From assembly GCA_028695145.1 (NCBI GenBank), contig JAQVJP010000003.1, positions 1 to 60,166 on the forward strand: a stretch of DNA of 60,166 nt, given 5' to 3'. Below are positions 37,638 to 47,152 of the stretch, piece by piece (position 1 is the stretch's first letter; every line of letters starts with the position of its first letter). A program made the translations under genes and the position numbers. The DNA comes from Eubacteriales bacterium (GTDB lineage: Bacteria > Bacillota > Clostridia > Saccharofermentanales > UBA5734). Below the pieces are notes generated by a model that saw only the letters and a program-made list of their open reading frames with translations, was not told the origin of the DNA and searched no databases.

Positions 37638-37908
37638 GAAGTGGAATCAAGAGTACATAAAACAAAAGGTATATAGTGCTGTGGCCGACGCGGCAGGGGC
37701 GGATGAAGTAGATTTGTCAGATGAAACAGAATTGCTAACAACTCTCAATATGGACTCGCTCGCTGTTTTTGAGCTTGCTATAGAACTTGAAGAATCTTTT
37801 GAACTGCAGATACCTGATGAAGATATCGACAAAATACGCACAGTAGGTGAGGCTATTTCCTACATTGAGATAGCTGTAAAGGAGAAAAATGCAAACAATA
37901 GATGGTGA
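37630..37908 (+). CDS. acyl carrier protein (stand-alone, phosphopantetheine-attachment DSL motif)
   Basis: 92 aa, acidic four-helix pattern, LNMDSLAVFELAIELEESF; AAGGAG RBS; overlaps MarR stop. Confidence 0.65.
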   Translation: MAEKWNQEYIKQKVYSAVADAAGADEVDLSDETELLTTLNMDSLAVFELAIELEESFELQIPDEDIDKIRTVGEAISYIEIAVKEKNANNRW

Positions 37909-39814
37909 ACAATATTTTGAAGTCCGTGATTTTAAGACAATTCCGGAAATGTTGAGCCAGTCGGTTGCTTTGTTTTCTGATATGACAGCAGTCCGCTACA
38001 GGCTGACACCTACATCAGAACCTGTGAGTATCAGCTATAAACAATTAGCGGAAGATGTGAACAATCTGCTTAATTTTTTGCGGTCGCTCAATAGTCAACC
38101 GCTGCGTATTGCTGTAGTTGGAGAAAATAGTTATCACTGGATATTGGCATATCTGGCCGCTGTAAGTGGCGCTGGACTGATTATTCCGCTTGACCGCATG
38201 CTGCCGCCCGAAGAGATTAAACAGCTTCTGACGCGTTCCGAAGCTAATGTTGTGTTTTATGACGCAGCCTTCTTTCAAGTGTTTTCTGATGATTTTGATT
38301 CAGAAAACAGACTGCCGCCAACTCGCGTTTGCATGAGATCCGGGAGACTTAAGCAGGAAGAGCAGCAACAGCTGCAAACTTTGATTAATGATGATAATGG
38401 TAAAACAAATCATCTTGATCTGGACCAAGTACTGAGCTCGCTTTGGCCGGTTGCTGAGGCGACTTTGCCGACAATTGATCCAAACGCTCTAATGGCTCTG
38501 CTGTTTACATCAGGCACTACGAGTAATTCAAAAGGAGTTATGCTGAGTCAGACCAATGTTTGTGCTGATATCAAAGGCATAGCAGGCATGGTGCAGCTTA
38601 AGCCTGGGATTCGCATGTTATCAATTCTGCCTCTGCACCATACGTTTGAAAATACATGTGGGTTGTTGATGGCACTTTATGTTGGAGCGAGTATTAACAT
38701 CTGTGATGGTTTGCGGTACATTCAGAAAAATATGCAGGAATATGAGATAGAAATGATTATCGGTGTTCCTGCTGTTTTCGAGAATTTCCATCAGAAAATA
38801 ATGGATACTCTGCGTAAAAAAGGCAAAGAAAAACTTATCAGACGGCTGCGTGGTCCCGTCAGAGGATTGCGTAAGATTGGTATCGACCTAAGACGCAAAC
38901 TGTTCAAACAAATACTCGATGCTTTTGGTGGGGCTCTCTATCTTGGTATCTGTGGAGCTGCGCCGATTGACCCTGAGATCATCAGCTTCTTCGATGATAT
39001 AGGTGTGAGAATTTTGCAGGGATATGGTCTTACAGAGACATCTCCTGTTGTTGCAGGATGCAACAGTAAAATTTTTGTTCCCGGTACCGTTGGCAGACCT
39101 GTCAGCAATATGACTGTAGCTATTGACAGCGATAACCCGGGTGAGCCCGGAGAGATCTTAGTACGTGGTCCTATTGTTATGCTTGGATATTATCAGGACG
39201 ATCTGGCAACTGAAGAAACAATTGACAAGGATGGCTGGTTTCATACCGGTGATATTGGTGTGCTAAATCCGAGATACCGTTGTATTTCAATTACCGGCCG
39301 CAAAAAATCTATGATTGTTCTTAAGAGCGGCAAGAAGGTTTTTCCTGAAGAGGTTGAGTATCTTTTTAACCAATTTGACTTCATCCGTGAGTCATTGGTC
39401 TGGGGTGATCAGGATGAAAAAGGTGATGTTGTAGTTAGTGCGAAATTTGTTCTCGACGAGCATACACTGGCTGAAAAACATGGTTTGAAGCCGGAAGATC
39501 ATGGCGTACAGAAGTTGATCGATCAGATGATACGTGATGTGAACGCGAAAATGCCATCTTTCAAATCTATCAAGCAGCATGTTTTTAGCTTCCAGGATAT
39601 GGTCAAGACTACTACCCTGAAGATCAAGCGACAGATAGAAATAGATAAACTTAAAGAACTAATGAATAAGCAAAAACTCCGTTGGCGTGAACTAACCGGC
39701 AAAAATCTTGATAGTCTCGCAAAAGAAGATAATTCAGGGCAAAAATCGGAGTCTCAGAACGATAAGGGTACGAAAAACTCAGAAGCGGGCGTGCAGGATG
39801 ACAAAAAAGACTGA
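37889..39814 (+). CDS. AMP-dependent synthetase/ligase (long-chain fatty-acid--CoA/ACP ligase family) with about 50-aa hydrophilic C-terminal tail
   Basis: AMP-binding motif LFTSGTTSNSKGVMLS, conserved …GYGLTETS… and …GWFHTGDIG… motifs; start overlaps ACP gene end. Confidence 0.8.
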   Translation: MQTIDGEQYFEVRDFKTIPEMLSQSVALFSDMTAVRYRLTPTSEPVSISYKQLAEDVNNLLNFLRSLNSQPLRIAVVGENSYHWILAYLAAVSGAGLIIPLDRMLPPEEIKQLLTRSEANVVFYDAAFFQVFSDDFDSENRLPPTRVCMRSGRLKQEEQQQLQTLINDDNGKTNHLDLDQVLSSLWPVAEATLPTIDPNALMALLFTSGTTSNSKGVMLSQTNVCADIKGIAGMVQLKPGIRMLSILPLHHTFENTCGLLMALYVGASINICDGLRYIQKNMQEYEIEMIIGVPAVFENFHQKIMDTLRKKGKEKLIRRLRGPVRGLRKIGIDLRRKLFKQILDAFGGALYLGICGAAPIDPEIISFFDDIGVRILQGYGLTETSPVVAGCNSKIFVPGTVGRPVSNMTVAIDSDNPGEPGEILVRGPIVMLGYYQDDLATEETIDKDGWFHTGDIGVLNPRYRCISITGRKKSMIVLKSGKKVFPEEVEYLFNQFDFIRESLVWGDQDEKGDVVVSAKFVLDEHTLAEKHGLKPEDHGVQKLIDQMIRDVNAKMPSFKSIKQHVFSFQDMVKTTTLKIKRQIEIDKLKELMNKQKLRWRELTGKNLDSLAKEDNSGQKSESQNDKGTKNSEAGVQDDKKD

Positions 39815-40769
39815 GAGTATAAATCCAGATAAATGTCGAGGCGATTATTTTTATCTCTTTATTATCAATCCGCGTGCAGGCCGCAAATATATGAAAACCT
39901 TGGCCGAACAGATTGAGAAGAGTTTCGTCAGCGCGGGGCGCAAGGATTGTTATAGTATTGTGATAACAGATCGCGGCGGCCATGCTATTGAGCTGGCGGG
40001 TGCTTTTGCCGATATGTATGGCGATAGAGGTATTGTCGTTGCCTGCGGCGGAGATGGTACCGTAGGTGAAGTCGCTCAGGCATTGTATCTCAAGAATTCA
40101 GCTCTTGCTGTACTGCCGGTGGGGACGGCTAATGACTTCGTCAAAACGGTTTATCCTGGGTTAACTATAGATCAAATACTTAAGAGGCTTCAGATACCAC
40201 GCATAGAAAAAATTGATACGTTCTTTGTTGATGATATTCTCTGTGCCAATATAATGTCTCTCGGTTTCGATACCAAGGTGCAAAAAACCGCCAGCCGGTT
40301 GCTCAAGCGATATCGCTGGCTTGGTCGGTTCTCTTATCCTTTTGCGATAATTATGAGTTTGTTCGGCAACAGGCAGTACAACATGAAGTATAGCTTTGAA
40401 ACTATAGAGGCAGATGGCAGCAGCGGTCATATTTCCGGCGAACTGAACTATATTTTGGCCGCAGTTTGTAACGGCCGTTATTATGGCGGTGGTTTCAACC
40501 CTGCACCACGTGCTGATTTGCAGGATGGTATGTTGGATTTGTGCATTGTTGACAGTATTAATCTGTTGGGCATATTGTCACTCATTGGTAGATACAAAAA
40601 AGGCAAACATCTGGGACATCCTGCGATCCATTATCATCGTGTCAGAAGTGGTTATATTGAGACGACTGACAGTCATCCTCTTCTTGGCAATATAGATGGT
40701 GAGCAATTTGAAAAGACCGGTCTCAGTTGTGAGATCCGGCCTTCGTCGCTCAATTTTGTGTTTTTGTGA
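39798..40769 (+). CDS. diacylglycerol kinase catalytic-domain family lipid kinase (DgkB/YegS-like)
   Basis: …FYLFIINPRAGRK… start region and GGDGT motif (VVACGGDGTVGEV); start ATG 39798 inside the upstream gene's 3' end. Confidence 0.75.
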   Translation: MTKKTESINPDKCRGDYFYLFIINPRAGRKYMKTLAEQIEKSFVSAGRKDCYSIVITDRGGHAIELAGAFADMYGDRGIVVACGGDGTVGEVAQALYLKNSALAVLPVGTANDFVKTVYPGLTIDQILKRLQIPRIEKIDTFFVDDILCANIMSLGFDTKVQKTASRLLKRYRWLGRFSYPFAIIMSLFGNRQYNMKYSFETIEADGSSGHISGELNYILAAVCNGRYYGGGFNPAPRADLQDGMLDLCIVDSINLLGILSLIGRYKKGKHLGHPAIHYHRVRSGYIETTDSHPLLGNIDGEQFEKTGLSCEIRPSSLNFVFL

Positions 40770-41523
40770 AATATTTTTCTTCCTGTTCAAGCATCCATGA
40801 CGTCAAGGCAGCTGTCATCTCCTTGGCGTTTTTATATTGCTCAGGCAACAGGGGAGGACCGAAGTGGAGCGTAACCTGTTTGCGCTTGCCAGTTGTTTTA
40901 TCTCTTGGCTGAGGCCACTTGCTCTGCCTGGGGAAGGCGCTGTATCCGCCCTCAATATAAACCGGTACCATTGGCACCTTACTCTTGATAGCTATATAGG
41001 CTGCTCCGTCTTTTAACTCAGCAACTCGTCCATCATGTGAACGAGTGCCTTCAGGGTGTACCAGCAAAATATTACCTTCGTCCACCTTTTTTTTGGCAAT
41101 GATTAAACCGCGAATAGGATTGCCAAATCGATCTATAGCAATCGCTCTACCAACTCTTACGATTAACTTACCCAGAAGTCCATGCTTATCCTCGAGATCT
41201 TTGCCCGCTATACAGGCCATTTTCGCGAAATGGCCTCGTGGCAGAGCCGCACCAATCCACATACCATCAACATATGTCTGATGATTTGATGCAATGACAT
41301 AAGGTGTTGTACGCGGTATCAAATTTTGGCCGTCAAATCGCAGACGAATGAGAATGCGCGTCATTATCATGCCGAAGTAATAAGCCACATGGCCGATAAA
41401 ACCACGCGGAATCGGATATTTCCTCTCAGGTGTATTTGCCCCTGATTCAGGTTTGCTATTCATTTCAGACCCGTTGGCCTGTGTCTGGTTTTCCTTTTGG
41501 ATCAAATTAAGTCGCCTCCGCAC
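40750..41523 (-). CDS. plsC: 1-acyl-sn-glycerol-3-phosphate acyltransferase (PlsC/LPLAT family)
   Basis: NHQTYVDG (HX4D) and PEGTRS motifs. The track start is GTG; the true start may be the internal ATG (MNSKPES, 41463). 3' end overlaps the convergent lipid-kinase gene by about 20 nt. Confidence 0.75.
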   Translation of the reverse strand: MRRRLNLIQKENQTQANGSEMNSKPESGANTPERKYPIPRGFIGHVAYYFGMIMTRILIRLRFDGQNLIPRTTPYVIASNHQTYVDGMWIGAALPRGHFAKMACIAGKDLEDKHGLLGKLIVRVGRAIAIDRFGNPIRGLIIAKKKVDEGNILLVHPEGTRSHDGRVAELKDGAAYIAIKSKVPMVPVYIEGGYSAFPRQSKWPQPRDKTTGKRKQVTLHFGPPLLPEQYKNAKEMTAALTSWMLEQEEKYFTKTQN

Positions 41524-41608
41524 TATATGCTAACTCAGCTGCTAATTGACAAGCTGATTGCTAACAAGCAGAATAGCACAAATAACATCATAGAGCCAGA
41601 ACAATTAG

Positions 41609-42196
41609 CTAATCTCGCTTCTGAGGTTCTGTTTTTGAAGCTAATTGAATTCTTTGTTGATACTTATCAAGAGCTGCTGTTTTGCGTTGCCCGCGTGTGC
41701 CAAGCTGCTTCTTTGAGATTCTTTTGTTTTTGAAAAAATCACGAAGTATACGGCTGCATTCATCTGCCATGACTCCCTGCTGCCAGTTAACAGTATGGTG
41801 CAACGGTAAATCAAATGATCTGACTACAGAACAGCATGCGCCAGCTTTGGCATCTGTAGCACCAAAAATCAGCTGTGATATCCGCGACTGCAGTATCGCT
41901 CCAGAGCACATAAGACAGGGTTCAAGTGTGACATAAAGAGTGCAATTATCCAGTCGCCAGCTGCGAAGTTTGCGACTTGCCTGTCTTATAGCGACTATTT
42001 CCGCATGTAAAACAGCGTCCTGCCTCTGTTCGCGCAGATTGTGTCCGCGGCCAATTATTCTTCCTTCTCTAACTACAACCGCGCCTACCGGTACATCACC
42101 GCAATCTGCTGCCTTTTTGGCTTCTCTAAGAGCGGCCTGCATATAGCGCATATGGTCAGCGTCAGTTGGCTGTATAATATCCACTGCTTGTGTCAT
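41609..42196 (-). CDS. tadA: tRNA adenosine(34) deaminase TadA with basic C-terminal extension
   Basis: CDA zinc motifs HAEIVAI and PCLMCSGAI; about 40 extra C-terminal residues rich in K/R/Q. Confidence 0.85.
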   Translation of the reverse strand: MTQAVDIIQPTDADHMRYMQAALREAKKAADCGDVPVGAVVVREGRIIGRGHNLREQRQDAVLHAEIVAIRQASRKLRSWRLDNCTLYVTLEPCLMCSGAILQSRISQLIFGATDAKAGACCSVVRSFDLPLHHTVNWQQGVMADECSRILRDFFKNKRISKKQLGTRGQRKTAALDKYQQRIQLASKTEPQKRD

Positions 42197-43515
42197 AGAT
42201 TTAGCTCACAAGATCCGACGTTTCTAATCTGTAGTTCAACCACCGAGTCTGAACCGAATACCGAAGCCATCCCATCAGTGTAGCTCTGCATCATGCTGTG
42301 CGGTACAAATGCCTGAATAGTACCGGCAAAACCGCCTCCGTGAACTCTACAAGCCCCCTGGCCTTCCAGCAGCTTGGCTGAGAGCGCCAGAGCAAGAGCC
42401 ATAGGCTGCTCTTGAGGTGCTTGGACAGACCAGATGTTCTGAAGTTTAGTCCATGAGCTTATACCTGAATCATTTACCATTTGTAGGAAATCACTGATTT
42501 GTCCTGCTTCAAGCGACTTAACCTGCTTAACAACCCGCTCGCTATCCTCGAAGAAATGAATTGCCCTGAGCAATGACCGTTCAGAAACCTGATTTTTTAA
42601 TTCAGACAATTTCTGCCAGAAGGTTTTTGAGTCAATTTCACTCAGAACATCACAGCCGAAAAATGCCGCCACTTCTTTCATATCAGCCGGTATAGAAGCA
42701 TAATCGCCGGTAAGATCGGCGTGACTGCCGCCTGTATGTGTAATTACAAGGCCATAGCCTGAAGCTGAAAAATCAACGCCCAAAGGTTTGACCAGTGGTT
42801 TGGACTTGTCTTTGAAATCTATTGTTATGATACCGCCAACAGAACAGCCACATTGATCCATGAGCCCGCTTGGTTTACCAAAATAAACATTCTCCGCGAA
42901 CTGAGAAATAATCGCACGTTCGACCGGATTAATTTTTCCTTCGTTATAAACCCAATCAAGAATTGTTGTCACCAGCACTTCAAACGCAGCAGAAGAACTG
43001 AGTCCTGAACCTTTTGGGACATTACTTGTTGTATATATATCCAGTCCACCAATTTTTAGACCACGCTGCTCAAAAGCCGCAGCGATTCCTCTGATTAATG
43101 CCGCGGAATGCTCTTGTTCGGCAGGAACCGGTTCGAGATAAGCGAGTGAGATCTCATCCATTTTAGGAAACTCTTCCGATTTCAATCGAATAATATTTTC
43201 ATTATTTGGTGCGGCGAGCGCAAGAATATCAAGATTAACAGACGCACAGAGAACATTACCGCGTTGATGGTCGGTATGATTTCCGCCAATTTCAGTACGC
43301 CCCGGCGTGCTGAAGAAGGCCGCTTCGCTATGATCAGGAAATTGTTGGTTGAACAAATTTACAAGATGCAGGAAGCGCTGCTGCTGTTTGGCAATCAGCT
43401 CAGGTTCAATCCCATAAATAGATTGCATGGTTTTTACCGTTTCGGGTTTATAAATCAGATCGGCCGCCTGGCTAAGTACAAACATACGTATAAACCTCCA
43501 ATAATTAATCTGCAA
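42193..43515 (-). CDS. GHMP kinase, galactokinase family (GalK-like sugar-1-kinase)
   Basis: GalK signature GRTEIGGNHTDH (cf. GRVNLIGEHTDY), PKGSGLSSSAA, MDQ, GGGFAG; stop overlaps tadA start. Confidence 0.75.
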   Translation of the reverse strand: MQINYWRFIRMFVLSQAADLIYKPETVKTMQSIYGIEPELIAKQQQRFLHLVNLFNQQFPDHSEAAFFSTPGRTEIGGNHTDHQRGNVLCASVNLDILALAAPNNENIIRLKSEEFPKMDEISLAYLEPVPAEQEHSAALIRGIAAAFEQRGLKIGGLDIYTTSNVPKGSGLSSSAAFEVLVTTILDWVYNEGKINPVERAIISQFAENVYFGKPSGLMDQCGCSVGGIITIDFKDKSKPLVKPLGVDFSASGYGLVITHTGGSHADLTGDYASIPADMKEVAAFFGCDVLSEIDSKTFWQKLSELKNQVSERSLLRAIHFFEDSERVVKQVKSLEAGQISDFLQMVNDSGISSWTKLQNIWSVQAPQEQPMALALALSAKLLEGQGACRVHGGGFAGTIQAFVPHSMMQSYTDGMASVFGSDSVVELQIRNVGSCELNL

Positions 43516-43607
43516 TTAACATTATATACGCAATGGGCAAATCTTTACTGTCATTTTGTTGACTGCTTCGGTATTATTGTTATTCAGTCAATATCCAATG
43601 AGTTTTC

Positions 43608-43636
43608 TTGCCTATTTACTGACATAACATTATAAT
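43608..43636 (+). promoter_or_regulatory. putative sigma-A promoter TTGCCT-17-TATAAT upstream of zinc-ribbon membrane protein gene
   Basis: Hexamers at 43608-43613 and 43631-43636 with a 17-nt spacer. Confidence 0.45.
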
Positions 43637-43717
43637 AGCTTAATGTACTAAAACTGCTGAGACAATTGTTGTTCAGTGGCAAAATGGTAGAAATAAATGT
43701 GAACAGGGTGGAAATAC

Positions 43718-44467
43718 ATGGCTTTGAAAGAAGGGCGTTGTCCCAATTGCGGTTCTATATTAACTCTTGAGGATAAATCCGAGAAGGGGCATTGCTTATT
43801 TTGTGATGCTGTTTTCGAAAACGCGAAGGCGTTTGACATAGCTGCCAATCCGGAGGGCGTTGAGTTCCCGAATGAAGAGCAGCCCAAATACGAAGGTCCA
43901 AGCCTTGATCCCGTAGTCAGAAACAATTCAATACCGGCAAAAGCCGCCGCACCGGCACGTGATAAGAAGCCTTCGGCAAGACGTGCTCCGGTTCAAGCAG
44001 AAGCATATGTCCATAAGGATCCAATTAAACTACCGGAAGTTAAGCTGTCCAAGCGTACACGGATTCAGCTTGCTTTGATAACTGTTATTGTAATCGGCTT
44101 AATCGCTGGTATTGGTGTGCCGACAGTAACTAAGAGAGACAATGACCGCCAGCAAATCATTGAAAAATTTGCTTCCGAGTTAAAATATGATGTATCCGCT
44201 GAACAGGCGATAGCAGTAAGACACATAGCCAATGACTACGCGCTTATAGCCTTGCCTGAAGACGTTACGGCTGAAGAAGCTGCTGAAGTATTTAAAACTT
44301 ATTGTGATGTCAGGGCTGACATTCGCGGTGAAGCTGACGCTGGTTTTGCAAAAGTGTACGGTGGCGTATCCATGAAACTTATTATGCCTGCCGGAGGTTT
44401 TAAAATCGAAGAACCGGCTGATCAGACAGAGCTTGATAGTGGCAGCAATATTATATCTGTTTCCTGA
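43718..44467 (+). CDS. zinc-ribbon (CxNCG…CxFCD) single-pass membrane protein with extracytoplasmic C-terminal domain
   Basis: MALKEGRCPNCGSIL…HCLFCDAVF; Pro/Ala/Lys-rich linker; TM helix IQLALITVIVIGLIAGIGV; C-terminal 120-aa domain. Confidence 0.5.
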   Translation: MALKEGRCPNCGSILTLEDKSEKGHCLFCDAVFENAKAFDIAANPEGVEFPNEEQPKYEGPSLDPVVRNNSIPAKAAAPARDKKPSARRAPVQAEAYVHKDPIKLPEVKLSKRTRIQLALITVIVIGLIAGIGVPTVTKRDNDRQQIIEKFASELKYDVSAEQAIAVRHIANDYALIALPEDVTAEEAAEVFKTYCDVRADIRGEADAGFAKVYGGVSMKLIMPAGGFKIEEPADQTELDSGSNIISVS

Positions 44468-44613
44468 AATTATCGCGATATGGAAGAAGAAAAGAGCTTG
44501 TACAATGTTTGTTCACATTTGTGATTTAATTACGTAAAAGAGTTCTGTTAAGCTGAGTTCAAGCAATACAAGAATTGCTTACCTCCTTCTTTCATACTTT
44601 TCTCCTCCAATAT

Positions 44614-44656
44614 AAAGAAACGGCTTCAAGAGTGGTGCCTTGAAGCCGTTTTTTTG
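44614..44656. terminator. bidirectional rho-independent terminator (aaagaaa-aacggcttcaag…cttgaagccgtt-ttttttt)
   Basis: 12-bp perfect stem flanked by A- and T-runs, between convergent transcription units. Confidence 0.7.
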
Positions 44657-44696
44657 TGAATTAAAAATGAATATTTAATGCCGAGGTGATATCTCT

Positions 44697-45494
44697 TCAC
44701 TCATGGTATCGTCGCAAGAAATTTCTGGTTCTTGCATTATCTGAGCTGAAAACTTCATCCGGTGTCCCGTTTTCAATGATCAGACCTTGATCCATAAATA
44801 TAATTCTATCAGCAAGTTCGCGGGCAAAAGCCATTTCATGTGTGACTACAACCATCGTCATATTTTCTTCTGCCAATGAGCGGATTACCTTAAGAACCTC
44901 ACCGGTCAGTTCTGGGTCAAGTGCGGATGTCGGCTCATCGAAGAAAAGAATTTCCGGATTCAGAGCCAGTGCCCTGGCTATTGCGGCGCGCTGCTGCTGG
45001 CCGCCTGACAGCTGCCATGGATAAGCCTTGGCCTTATCAGCCAGTCCAAGTTTGCTTAGAAGCTGCCGGGCGTGAGCTGCTACTTCTTCTTTTGTCTGGC
45101 CAAGCACAACGGTTGGCGCCTCTGTAAGATTGCGTTCAATATTGAAGTGAGGGAAGAGATTGAAGTTCTGAAATACCAAACCAATCTTAAGTCTAATCTG
45201 TCTGAGGATTTCCTGATTTGAATAAATCGCGTTAGAGTTTGCGTCATTTGCGCATAGTATTTGTCCACAGACAGTTATATTACCACCATCTACCTGTTCA
45301 AGTTGATTAATCAGGCGCAGCAAAGTAGATTTGCCGGAACCTGAAGGCCCGATAATCGCTACAACCTCACCATGTTTGACCGTGAAATTTATATTTTCAA
45401 GAACTGACAGTTCGCCAAAAGCTTTGCGAAGCTCGCTTACCTCAAGGACTGTTTGCTGTTCTGCTATTTCAGTTTGATAATTTTCAGATTTCAT
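44697..45494 (-). CDS. amino-acid ABC transporter ATP-binding protein (polar amino acid, GlnQ-like)
   Basis: Walker [10 protein letters not shown], signature LSGGQQQR, Walker [13 protein letters not shown]. Confidence 0.85.
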   Translation of the reverse strand: MKSENYQTEIAEQQTVLEVSELRKAFGELSVLENINFTVKHGEVVAIIGPSGSGKSTLLRLINQLEQVDGGNITVCGQILCANDANSNAIYSNQEILRQIRLKIGLVFQNFNLFPHFNIERNLTEAPTVVLGQTKEEVAAHARQLLSKLGLADKAKAYPWQLSGGQQQRAAIARALALNPEILFFDEPTSALDPELTGEVLKVIRSLAEENMTMVVVTHEMAFARELADRIIFMDQGLIIENGTPDEVFSSDNARTRNFLRRYHE

Positions 45495-45500
45495 AAGTAC

Positions 45501-46145
45501 TTATCCTTTGTAATAGCTGAGCTTCTTCTCAGCGCGACTGAATATAGCCGCGACAACACTATTCATTATTAGGTAGAATGCTCCCGCGATTATAATGGGT
45601 ATGATTGAGACTTCACGAGATGTCGTATTCTGAGCGGCTCGGAACAACTCAAAAACTCCTATTGTCTGAGCCAACGCGGTATCTTTTACCAGTGTCATAC
45701 ACTCATTAGCACTGGCCGGTATTACCCGCTTGATGACCTGAGGCAACGTAATGCGGCTGAAGGTTTGCCACGGTGAAAACCCGAGAACCTTAGCTGCTTC
45801 AGCCTGCCCCTGTGGAATTGAATCAATACCGCCTCGGAAAATCTCGGCAAAATAAGCTCCATAATTTAAACTAAAGGCGATTATCGCCGCCATGAAGCGG
45901 TCGATACTGATATCAAGTACAAAGGGCGGGAAGTACATGAAAAAAATCAACTGCAGAAGGAGTGGCGTGCCTCTCATCAACAGCAGATAAAATCTGATAG
46001 GCAGATTGATAAACGGTGATTTTGCCGCACGCAATCTGGCTACGATAAGGCCAAGAGGCACTGCCAGCAGCAGCGTCAGGGCAAATAGCCTGAGTGCTGT
46101 GACAGTGCCTTCCAGCAGATAAGGAATAATAACAGAATAATTCAT
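45501..46145 (-). CDS. amino-acid ABC transporter permease (His/Glu/Gln/Arg/opine family)
   Basis: EAA-like loop (…GQAEAAKVLGFSPWQTFSRITLPQ…), about 5 TM helices, 214 aa. Confidence 0.85.
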   Translation of the reverse strand: MNYSVIIPYLLEGTVTALRLFALTLLLAVPLGLIVARLRAAKSPFINLPIRFYLLLMRGTPLLLQLIFFMYFPPFVLDISIDRFMAAIIAFSLNYGAYFAEIFRGGIDSIPQGQAEAAKVLGFSPWQTFSRITLPQVIKRVIPASANECMTLVKDTALAQTIGVFELFRAAQNTTSREVSIIPIIIAGAFYLIMNSVVAAIFSRAEKKLSYYKG

Positions 46146-46159
46146 AATCTATCCACTAA

Positions 46160-46972
46160 TTATTTGCCAATGGTGGTGATATCCTTACCGAACCACTGCT
46201 CAGAAATCTCGGCCATAGTGCCGTCAGCTGCCATTTCTTCCAGGTGTTTCTGAACTTCATCACGCAGTGATTGATCTTCATTTCTGAAACCGATGCCATA
46301 ATCTTCTTCGGCCAGATATTCTTCGAGAACGCGGAAGCTGTCATCCTGCTTCTCGATATAATAGTTGGCAACAATTTCATCGATCAGCAATACATCAGAT
46401 GATCCGCTCTTCAAGTCAAGGAAGGCTGTAACATTATCTTTGAGCTCAATAACTTCAGCCAGTGAAGATTTAAACTCAGCGTTAGCGTCAAGTGCTTCCA
46501 CTGCGCTGGACTCGGCCTGCAGTACCAGTTTCTTGCCGGCAAGATCAGCCATTGTTTCGTATTCAGCGTCTTTCATAACTACGAGAACCTGATGATTCGC
46601 CATATAAGGGTCTGTGATATTTGTTTCTTTTGCTCTGGTTTCGGTGATGGTGTAGCCGTTCCAGAGACAGTCAACCTGACCTGCGTTGAGCTCATTTGTC
46701 TTCTGTGACCAGTCAATGGCCTGCAGCTTGAGCTCGACACCCATACGTTTTGTTACTTCTTTTGCCAGGTCAACATCAAAACCGACCAGCTCATTGTTAT
46801 CATCGCGGAAGCCCATTGGCGGGAAACTGTCATCCATACCCAGAATCAAAAATCCCTGATCCTTCACATCTTCCAGCGATGTATCCTTGCCGTCATCACC
46901 TTTACCACAAGCTGTCAGAAAACCGCTGAGCAGCAGTGAGAGCGCCAGTAAAATTATTAGCATCTTTTTCAT
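46160..46972 (-). CDS. amino-acid ABC transporter substrate-binding lipoprotein
   Basis: Lipobox LLSGFLTAC, type-2 periplasmic binding-fold motifs (…GFDVDLAKEV…). Confidence 0.85.
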   Translation of the reverse strand: MKKMLIILLALSLLLSGFLTACGKGDDGKDTSLEDVKDQGFLILGMDDSFPPMGFRDDNNELVGFDVDLAKEVTKRMGVELKLQAIDWSQKTNELNAGQVDCLWNGYTITETRAKETNITDPYMANHQVLVVMKDAEYETMADLAGKKLVLQAESSAVEALDANAEFKSSLAEVIELKDNVTAFLDLKSGSSDVLLIDEIVANYYIEKQDDSFRVLEEYLAEEDYGIGFRNEDQSLRDEVQKHLEEMAADGTMAEISEQWFGKDITTIGK

Positions 46973-47152
46973 ACAAAACTACCTCCAGAAAAATCTTTCC
47001 TGAGTATTTTACTTCATTACATTCATGAAGTACAGCTTTAACTGGCAAAAGTGTCTACATCAGACATTTGTGACAGAGTTTAAATCTTCTGCTATATTAG
47101 GAAACAGTAAATAATGGTTGGTTATTATTTTGGATATGGAGGCTTAAAAAAT

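Noticed and set aside
41524-41608. Possible SRP/4.5S RNA (scr) next to tadA as in Bacillus
   Set aside because: The gap is only 85 nt with no conserved SRP domain IV motif (GGAA tetraloop helix); it is more likely just the plsC leader.
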